A stretch of 64,000 nucleotides of DNA from Phyllosticta citribraziliensis. Lineage: Eukaryota. The translations under genes and the position numbers were made by a program. Positions 48,565 to 57,555 of this stretch are shown in pieces (position 1 is the stretch's first letter; each line of letters starts with the position of its first letter). The notes under the pieces are model-generated. The model made no database searches and had not been told where the DNA came from. It saw nothing but the letters and a program-made list of their open reading frames with translations. The stretch is from the NCBI RefSeq assembly GCF_038025025.1, contig NW_027117342.1:620001-684000 (forward strand), written 5' to 3'.

Positions 48565-50471
48565 GATGGCGATGCTGCCACGCTAGCGCCACGACCGTTG
48601 TCTCGCCGCCCCGGTAAGGAGAGGAATGCTCCGAACGGCACGGACAGCGGGAGAAGAGCGCTGGCATCCCGGTTCTCTCATCGCCCTCGTTCTCGTCGCC
48701 GCGCCGTTGTCTTCGCCCGAGGTGCCAAGTCGCGGCAGCGTCATCGACGCCGCTGGCCAGATCTTCGCATCCCTGATGGGCGTCAGGCCATGAGGCAGGG
48801 AAAGCGCCGCCGCGCAGTGCGGAAACGGACAGCCGGCCAGCCAACCAACCAACCAACGGGCGAGGGCGCGCGCGGATGAGTGCCTGAAAAAGAGCAAGAG
48901 AGGGAGAGGGAGAGGCCAGGCTGGTGCTCGGGGAAATTGGCGGGCTCGGGTCGAGTTACTGGCTGGACGCTGCGGTGCCGGGGATGCGGGTTCGTCGGCG
49001 GAGCTTGTTGCGGCGGCCATGTCATGGAGCGGCGTCGTTGGTGGTGTGGTGGGGTGCTGCTTGGCAGGTACCGACGAGCTGAGGACAGGGGAGAGCTGCG
49101 TTTGCGTTGGAGGGGTTGTCGGTGATGGGTGGATGCCCGGCTCAGGCTGTCAGGCTGGGAGGTATGGCGGTGATGGAGAGGTGTCGCGGCTGGCGTCTGG
49201 TTCGCGTTGCGGGTAGATGCATGAGCGTCTCGTGTGGCTGGAAGCAGCACGCTTTCTTCTTGTCCGTCTTTCTGCATGATGAGGATCCAGAGCCAGAATT
49301 GGACGTTTCGGAATACCTCTCGTCATGACCACTCCTCAGCTCCCACCACGCTCCTGTCTCGCTCTCCTCACCGTCAGCCGTCACTTCGCATCCAAGCTCT
49401 TCCTCGTCACCATCCGACCCCGCCCATCGACAGGTATTGCACTCCTTGGACCTCGAGTACGAATGCTCCCGGCAGGCCGCGACAGAAGCTGTCCATCCAA
49501 CCATACGTCAGCGGCCACCGCACCGCGCTGCAACCCTAGCCCGCACCACCAGCCGACCGCCACGCCGTCAAACCGCCAGACCTGCCTCTTCGAGATCCAA
49601 CGACCGTTTGACGTCTGACGTCTGACGTGTGCCTGATCGGCCGGACGACGGGCCGCCTGCGGACGGAAGGGCGGGAGAGCGCCGCGTCCGATGCGACGTG
49701 ACAGGTACTACCGGTACTACTACTCTTGCGCACATGTCAGCCAACAACTAGGCCAACAATGACGACGCTGGGATTTTCTCTTTCAGGCATCCGCGAGCCA
49801 CAGCCACCAGGGCTTGCGCGGACCGACTGCGTGCGGATTTTTTCCAGGGATACGGTGGGTGCTTGTCGGTGGCCGACGCGGTGGCTGCTGGCGTACAGGG
49901 AAGAATCTGAGGGGGCGCTGGATGCTGGGCTGGTGTCATGTCAGCCGTACAAGCGGTGAGCGTTCGGCGCTGGGGCTTGGAAAGCCACTGGTCGAGACCA
50001 GGACGAGCCGGGCGCTTAGTGCGGCGAGACATTGAGAAGGTGAGTCGCGAGGCGGCGAGGCGGCGAGACATTGGCCGGGAAGAAGGCCGCTCAGTGAGTG
50101 GATGGGTTAGCCGTGGAAAAGAAGGGCGTTGAAGAAGAGAACGAATTTTTGTTGCTGGAAGAATGGCGAGAAGTGGAGAAGAGCATCGGAATGGAGAGAC
50201 CCACAGCCACAGGTTCAATGAGCTGCACATGAATGCTCCCTCTTCTTACTCGTCACAGGTTCTGAAATGCTCCCCTTGCCCTGCCATCATTGTTACATCT
50301 TCCACGAAGAGCCTCCGCGTCGCCGCAGCAGACATCCGCGTGATGAGTCCCCATCCGAAGACGACGTCAACCCTGGAGATGAGAACGACCTGGACGCGAC
50401 CGACACTGACGAGCGCGACAGTGACACGCAAGGAACAGCCTATACGCAGCTGCTACTCCTCTCCGACATTG

Positions 50472-50760
50472 ATCCCACAGCAACGCACATGCAGCTGTGG
50501 GCTTCTAAGCTTCGCGCTCGAACGCTCCTCGTCACCCGCCCCGACGTACACTCGAATACTCGAATGCTCCCCATTACTCTTGCTCAGGGCTACTCTCAAT
50601 GCCCCTAATAAGTGTAGCTTGGATAGTCCCTATCTGCTGTACTACGTATGTGATATTGTCCTACTGAATGCTCCCAGAGCTCCCTCCGCCCCAAAATGCT
50701 GGTCGACTGAGCATGCACAACTTCCAATCGAGCGCCAAAACCTGGTGCGCCTTCAACGAG
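50472..50760 (+). repeat. Dispersed repeat copy 1 (~290 bp, core AGCTTCGCGCTCGAACGCTCCT at 50508-50529)
   Basis: Aligns in blocks with 52481-52780 (core; tgctcagggctac; ccctatct; aaacc.ggt.cg..ttcaac) and with 56740-56820. Confidence 0.8.
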
Positions 50761-50762
50761 CC

Positions 50763-52016
50763 TTAGTTGCCTTTGACCTTCCACGTATTCCCATCGGCCG
50801 CAGTCCTTCGTTTCCTTTGGTTCTGCTCCATAACCGATTTTGCAGTCTGGTCGACTTCGATTTCGATGTTGTTCATGGGGATTGAAGTCTCTCGCGCCAG
50901 CAGAGGGTCCAGCGGAGCGTTGGGGAATTTCGGCCAGGCGATGAGGCCGCGCATCTTGACTGATTCGTAGAGTGAGGTGAGAACATCGACAAGGTGTGCC
51001 AGTGGGACCGTCTTCCTGCGAGGAATGTTGCGAGTGGATTGACTGAGGGCGTTGGCCACAGCCTTTTCCGTTCGTTCCAAATCTTCGGGGCCCTGAACCG
51101 CGCGGCCAGACTCTGAACCCTCCTCCTCTGCGTATTTTTCGTTGTCCGACATTGGAACGTAGTCCGAAACGTCCTCGTCGAGGCTTGCTTGGTTGTGGTA
51201 TTGCCTGGCATTGTCGATGTCGAATTGAGTGAAAAGTCGGGCTTGACCGCCGGAGTGGCCTTTGACGCTTTTTCGTTGGTGCGGTTGGCTGAGCGATTTC
51301 GCAGCCCGAACCGGAACAGCTGCACGAGTCCGTTGACATCCTCAACATGCAGGCCACAGATGGATCGTGGCTACTCCTCATCGGCGACCAGAGAGCCAGA
51401 AAGCGATCCCTCAGGTAAAGATTTCCGCAGGCGCCAAGCCGGAAACAGCAGGTTCGCGTCACTGAGGCGCTCCTGATTCTCAAGGATTTGAACCGCCTTG
51501 GGAATTACCTCACCGTCGGACTCCTTCAACGGGAATGTGGCGTCTGGGAATAGCCGGAGGGCGACTTGCGCGTCAAAATCGTCGTCGGCCATGAGCGCCT
51601 TGATTCTCGCGCCCGAGTAGCGGAAGTCCGGGAAGGCGGTCCTGAACTCATCAATGACAGCGCCAATGAAGGCAGAGTCGCGTCCATTGATGTCAGGAGT
51701 AGGGGTTTTGACGAGAGCGCGAAGTTCCAATGTGGTTGCGAGGTTCAGGTAGGCGGCTAGAGATGGGGCGGCCTGGTAGACCTCCCTTGGGTTCAATTAC
51801 CCGCACTCCCCATGGGTTTTGCCTGTTTGCCAGCAAAACGGCGTCGAGACGCTTCTTGGTGGGGCTTGGTGTAGCTGTTGCTTGGCTTCCTGCCGCCGCA
51901 GCGCTGCTTGCCGTAGCGGGCGTCTTGGGAGTGGTGGCCTTTGGGTTTGCGTTCTTTTTCTTGGGGGTGGCAGGCGCTTTCTTCGCAGTTTTGCTGGCTG
52001 GATTTTTCGGGGGCAT
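50763..52016 (-). pseudogene. Disrupted orphan gene with a Lys/Pro/Thr-rich N-terminus
   Basis: Protein-like ORFs 51693-52016, 51371-51796, 50873-51325 and 50763-51152 chain through two frameshifts and an in-frame TAG at 51371-51373. No introns evident. Confidence 0.6.
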
Positions 52017-52480
52017 CGTGGTTGGACTTGGTAACGATTAGTGAAAGAGTTCTTGAGAGGGAGGCTGTCGGCTGCGCCTGGAGGGATGAATTACAGTAGT
52101 AGACTTACGGTGATTTTGATTGAAGCCAATTTGCTGTCGTCAGTGGAGTTGAGGAACGACGGTTGACTGTGTGGGAGGAGCGGAAAGGTTTATACTCCCA
52201 AGCGAGCGCCCGCTGACTCACCACGAGCAGCGACTGCTGGTGTTGCGACAGGTACCAGGTACATCCGATTTGAGACTGATGCCTCAAAGACGAGGAAGAG
52301 GTTCTGAACTTGCAGCATGAAGACTCAGCACACGAATGCTCCTTGGAAGCCACCACACGCATGCAGAGGTTAAGGAGCATTGAACTGACGTGTGTGAGCT
52401 GGTGATTCTTCGAAGTCTACGAGAAACTCAACTATCTGCCCAAGTCGCTCGTGACTGGCGCCGTCGGGGGGCAAACTCGA

Positions 52481-52780
52481 ATCTTAAAGCATCACGCACT
52501 CAGCTGTTGGTTTACTGAGCTTCGCGCTCGAACGCTCCTTATGACTCGCCTGACCATACGCTTGAATAATTCTGATTGTACGTGCTCAGGGCTACCCTAA
52601 TGCCCTTGAAGAGTATAGCCTCAATGCCCCTATCTACATGTACTCTACTCATTGCGTGACGTTGTACGAACGCTCCCAACCCACAAAGTCCTCTTGTTTG
52701 AATTCTTCTCACTCAAATGCAGTGATGGAAGAGCAAAGCTTCCGCTCGGTCCGCAAACCAAACCAGGTCCGATTTCAACC
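52481..52780 (+). repeat. Dispersed repeat copy 2 (core at 52518-52539)
   Basis: Identical 22-nt core. Homology to copy 1 ends directly at the ATG at 52781. Confidence 0.8.
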
Positions 52781-53828
52781 ATGACTGATGGAAGCACGCA
52801 GGTTAAAACGGAGCTAGTCGCGCGCCTAGAGGCGTTTTTGGAAGAGGGCAACAATTTGGGATTTGCTCACGCAATGCTTTGCAATCATAAGTCTGACCGT
52901 CTTGAGGCACTGAATATTCTTGCGCTCAAACATCTAGATGGCGCCAAATCCAGCCTGAGAAGCACGAACGCCATCGAGTTGAGAACATCGAGCGCAGCAC
53001 GATGTTGCAGCACTCGGACATGGGCGGACCAAGCTTCACTGTGAACAGTTGTCACACTGACTGTGTTTTGAAGCTTTCCAAGGTATTGGCTCTTTCGGAA
53101 TTCGATTGCAAGGATCCGACGCCGTTGGCGATGGCGATTCGAAAGTATGGCCAACTTTCGCTCAATCTGCTTGACCAGAAAGTCTTGAACGACATTAGAG
53201 ATCGCATTCGCGCTACGCGGTGGGCGGTCTGCTTTCTCTGCTGGTTTCAGAGGCCACTGACTGCAGTCGGCAACCACAGTCCTACAACGTCGAGACTGGA
53301 GTGTTGCCGGGAGCCAAGTTTTCTATCGGGCATGCATGGGGAAAGATCGCCACGCAATTGCCGGGAGCCTCTTGTCCCTGGTCCAGACATTACTGGTGTC
53401 CAGGATGCAAACGCCAGCTCCCACCTCAACACGGCCAGACGAGTGCGATCATCGACCTGGAGGATGTAGAGAGCATGGTTGATGTAGCACCTTCGGACAC
53501 GCTTCACTTGAACTCCAGGAGCTTTTTGGTGAACAGACTGATGCCCTGGACCAGAAATGCAAAGATTGTGGACATCGGGGCCTCAGCTCTGCGCGGGTTC
53601 CATCGGCAGGCATGCCAAAATTTCTGTCTATTGGAGACTCGTTCCGGTTCTTTGTTTCGCAAGTTGTGCAATCGAATTGCTCAACGCAACGCAATTGAAT
53701 CGATTGGGCAGGTGATTTTTTGGCCAATCAATCAATGCATGCCCTCAGTTGATTGGATTGCGTTGCTGAGTTGCGCTAAATACTTAAAGGCAGTTTTTGG
53801 CAGTTTTTTACGCCTGATCCACGCCTGA
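52781..53828 (+). pseudogene. Frameshifted orphan ORF chain containing a CxxC (WCPGCK)
   Basis: Overlapping + strand ORFs in three successive frames (52781-53044, 53002-53469, 53220-53828). Confidence 0.45.
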
Positions 53829-54058
53829 CTTACTCCATATATATATTTGCTTGATGTTAAGCGGGTCTGGTTGTGACCTTGAGGCAGCTTTGGGAGTCAC
53901 AAAGTGGAGATGGTTGTGAAGTTCACTTTCACACCCTCCGGCGCGTGTGCGGTCTACGGCCCGCACAAGCCTTTCTTGCTCCTCTGGCAGACTTCCACTC
54001 TGCACCGCACCTTCAACTTCTGACCTCTACCCTGCTCAGCTCTTCTCAGCTCTCCAAA

Positions 54059-54900
54059 ATGAAGACGACCACTTCGCCACCCGAAATGCTGAAGCCCATT
54101 GTTTTGGTCAATGGGACACATTACCTTGACAGGCTCGAGGACGACCAAGTGCGCTACTTCCACTATGACGAAGATGAAGGTATGTAGTTTCCGTTGGTTT
54201 TGTTTCAAATTACTGATAAAAATGGAACGTAGTCTTAGTCCTTCCAAAAGACGATTGCAAGCTTCTGGCCTTGAACTACTTCATTGTCCACACCATCGAG
54301 CCTCACTTCAAAGAGATCCTCCTCGGCGAAGTTCCCCGCACCACGAAGAAGGCCTACTGGTTGTACCGCAGATTCATGGCGGAGATCGGAAGACATCAGC
54401 GCCTTGTTCTCACTTGGGTTTGCGACCGCGTCCAGGAAGATTTCGACGGCAACATGGCTTTGAATGTCGACATGACCAAAAAATCTCGGAGTGACCGCCT
54501 TGCAGAGCACTGGATCCCCATGTACGAGAGGGACCCGCTCGGACTCGCCAACGGCATGTGGGAGACCGATTCGAGCCTCTTGGACATGAACGCCATTTTC
54601 GACCCACCCGCGGAGACCGATGACGACGTCAAAAAGTTCATGGCGACCTGGCGCGAGTACATTTTTAACACGTGGACCAAGATTGCCGAGGCCACGTTCG
54701 CCGACTTGTTCTTCAGATACACCAACCGCACGCTCTACCGCGACTCCCTCGACGGCGAAGACAGCAAACTCAAGTTTTGGAAAAGCCTGTCGGACAGACT
54801 CAACCCGCTCGCCATTGACTACCTCCCTTTGACATCCACGGCGCTCAGATGGGAACCAGACGACTCTTACTCATCGACCATGGAACACTACTGGGGGTGA
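54059..54900 (+). CDS. Intact orphan protein (~262 aa, 2 exons)
   Basis: ATG at 54059. Intron 54180-54232 (gtatgt...ctgat...tag) joins exon 1 in frame to the 54271-54900 ORF. TATATA run at ~53837. Confidence 0.7.
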
Positions 54901-55386
54901 AGGCTGCTTTGGGACTCGCTGTCACGGGGAATTGCGTGTGTGGAGGATGGAAACAAAAGCTGGGAGTAAACGTATGGAAGGGTTCCAGCACGAGAAGGAT
55001 TGGTTTTGCGAGCAAGTCGGTGGTCTGCGACTGCGCCAGATCGGGCACTTGGTGTTTCTTTTGACTTTTGCTGAATCAGGTAATCGCAGGCGGTCTTTAC
55101 AACTTCAAACGTCGCAAGCAGTTTTCCCAGATCACCGCCCACTTACGGTGCCCTCCCCAATTCATCATCCAGCGCCTTCAATAACAAAAATAGTCCCGCC
55201 GCAGCCGGCTTTGCCGAAGGGCGAATTGGCCCATGCCCTGCATTACCTGCATTTGAATTCTGAAAAGGAACTCGTTGATGAACTTCTCTTAAAGAAGACT
55301 TTTCTATTTGCTTGAAAAAGTTCAGAGATAGCTTCCTCTAGGCTCGGGGCGGAAAAGGATCAAAGGGTCCTTACATCAAAACGTAC

Positions 55387-56351
55387 TTGGATCAAGCGGT
55401 GGAAATCCTGAATGGCAAGTGCAACACTGGGAAGTTCGCCTTCGACATTCACAACACCAGAAGTTGCAGCACTGAGAACTACAATGAAAAAGATCATCTT
55501 CTCCGGTTGATCGCGGACGTGGGTTGGGGGCTGCCAAGCGAGGACTCTGTCATCCAGATTGAAGGTGACTATGCCGCAATCAGGGAATTCGCGCAGGGCA
55601 TGGGCCTTGTAATTCAGGAGCTGCGTTTCCAATATAACCAAAAAAGGCGAGGATGACTCGCCAAGGAGGTAGACAAGCTCGCAGGCCAATCGAGCTGGCG
55701 CGGGCTGCAAAAGTTGCTGTATTCTGGCTCATGGTTTTTGATGAAGCACACAACATCAAAGGCGGAAAGGCCACCAAGGTCTGGGATGTCGTGCGGCGCA
55801 TGGACCAAAGGTTCAATATCGCCGTCACTGGCACCCCAGTTCTCAACAACCCTTCGAATGGGTATGGGCTGACCAGCAATTTGGTGCGCGAGGACCTCTG
55901 GGAGCATTTTGGCCTTGACGAGAAAACAACCAACCCGTTTCTTGTTGCCAAAGAAAGGCCTGAAGCCATTTTGCAATGCACGCAACAGGCGTATACGTAT
56001 TGGATGAAAGGCCAAGACCCTGTCAAACAGGGAGAAATGCTCAAGCAGACGTTTGATCAATGCCTCTTGGCAAGAAAGTACCATACCAAGGTCAGCGGCA
56101 CCACGATTGGGGAAGACATTCCACCCCTTCGATCTGAAATCGTGCATCTTAAAGGAAGCCCAGAACAGCAGAAGACCTTGGAAGGCATCATGGACTCATG
56201 CAAAGACGATTTTCTAGAATTGGTGCCGCGAACCGGGGAGACCAAACTCAAGCTTATCCCTCACGTCGCCAGGAAAGTCTCGCAGGCCACGTTGTGGTTT
56301 CCATTCTTGAAGATGGCCTCCTGGGACGGCTCTGGCACCGACAAGCAATGA
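55387..56351 (+). pseudogene. Truncated SNF2-family helicase/ATPase fragment
   Basis: Motif II MVFDEAHNIK and motif III AVTGTPVLNN are present. An in-frame TAA lies at 55635, and neither Walker A nor the C-terminal helicase lobe is visible. Confidence 0.75.
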
Positions 56352-56739
56352 AGGAGAAGGATCCGGTGGGCAGGCTGGCCCATATCATGAACTGCAGGCG
56401 AAATGCTACCTTCACCTCCATAGTTAGACGGCACTTGGAAATTTCTTTCCGGCGCTTTTCAAAATAAACTGAGCTTCTTTGAGGACAAAAATTTTGCGTG
56501 CACCATGCGCGACCGGTGCCCATGTGGAAACATCCTCTGAATTTGTAGTGTAGACGAGCTCTTGAACGTTCCCAGAACGTCCCTCGCACCACTTTATCGC
56601 CTCCCCGTGTGATTCAGACCCTGGTCGTTTGTCGTGACCTCTGGTGGCAAGTTCCATGTGAGATGATTCAAGCACGAAGGCTTGACATGTGAATGCTTCT
56701 TGGAAGTCACCACTCACATGCAGAGGTTAGCGTAATTCC

Positions 56740-56820
56740 TCATCACGCTTGCAATTGTTGGCTTCCTGAGCTTCGCGCTCGAACGCTCCTCGTACCTCGC
56801 CTGAACGTACGCTTGGATGC
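56740..56820 (+). repeat. Dispersed repeat copy 3 (truncated, core at 56769-56790)
   Basis: Identical 22-nt core plus flanks catcacgc...tgttggct and ctcgcctga...tacgcttg. Confidence 0.8.
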
Positions 56821-57083
56821 TCCTTATCGAATGAAGCTGGTGGACGTTTCTGATGGGGCGTTTAGCTGGCGACAGGTCGGCCTCTTGAAGAGGTCGCCGT
56901 TCGTTGGGGAAGTGCCGGCGCCCGCAGCTCGTGTCTGGTGTTCTTGGAGGAGTTGGAGGTTGACGCGTCGACGCGTTTGCCCGTCGGCGATTCCGCGCTA
57001 GCGAGGCGCTAATCCAAATGAGGCAAGCCGTCGACCGCTGGGAATCAGTCTCGCCCATCAGGGAGTATTCCTTCACTCCAACA

Positions 57084-57231
57084 GACGACTGACGGGGAGG
57101 AGTCATGTCCTGCACCGACGACTGACGGGGAGCATTCATACCCTGCACTGACGACTGACGGGGAGGAGTCATATCCTGCGCCGACGACTGACGGGGAGCA
57201 TTCATACCCTGCACCGACGACCGGCGGAGAG
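57084..57231. repeat. 33-bp minisatellite, 4 full units plus a partial, alternating A/B (66-bp higher-order unit)
   Basis: gacgactgacggggaggagtcatgtcctgcacc alternates with gacgactgacggggagcattcataccctgcacy. Units start at 57084, 57117, 57150, 57183 and 57216. Confidence 0.92.
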
Positions 57232-57555
57232 CGTCCGGGCGAGTTTAGTGATTGGGAGGTTGTAGTCATACAACTTTGCGAGTATCGTTGAGCGCAGATG
57301 CATAATTTGCAGGAGACAAGAGTTGCTTCTGATCGGCTTACATTAATTCCAGCGAGGGGATAGCCTACGTAAAAATTACAAAAATACAAGACAAATCATT
57401 CAAACATCATCGCTGTCTTTCTCCCCTCTCCCGGCCATACTCCCCAAGAAAGATCGAATCAAAAGAGACATTATCAACACGACTCCAATTTTCATCCCAC
57501 ATACCTCTTTCAACCATAGAGAAGCGTAACAAAGGAAACTCCACAAAGATCACTC

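Noticed and set aside
50267..50608. Acidic ORF fragment running into repeat copy 1
   Set aside because: May be another relic C-terminus, but it has no start or motif and is too short to call.
50472..56820. Reading the three repeats as LTRs or canonical Helitron ends
   Set aside because: No TG...CA termini or gag/pol between copies. A CTRR after the hairpin appears in only one copy and homology continues past it.
57084..57231. 33-bp repeats as a possible CRISPR array
   Set aside because: No unique spacers, eukaryotic context and no cas genes.
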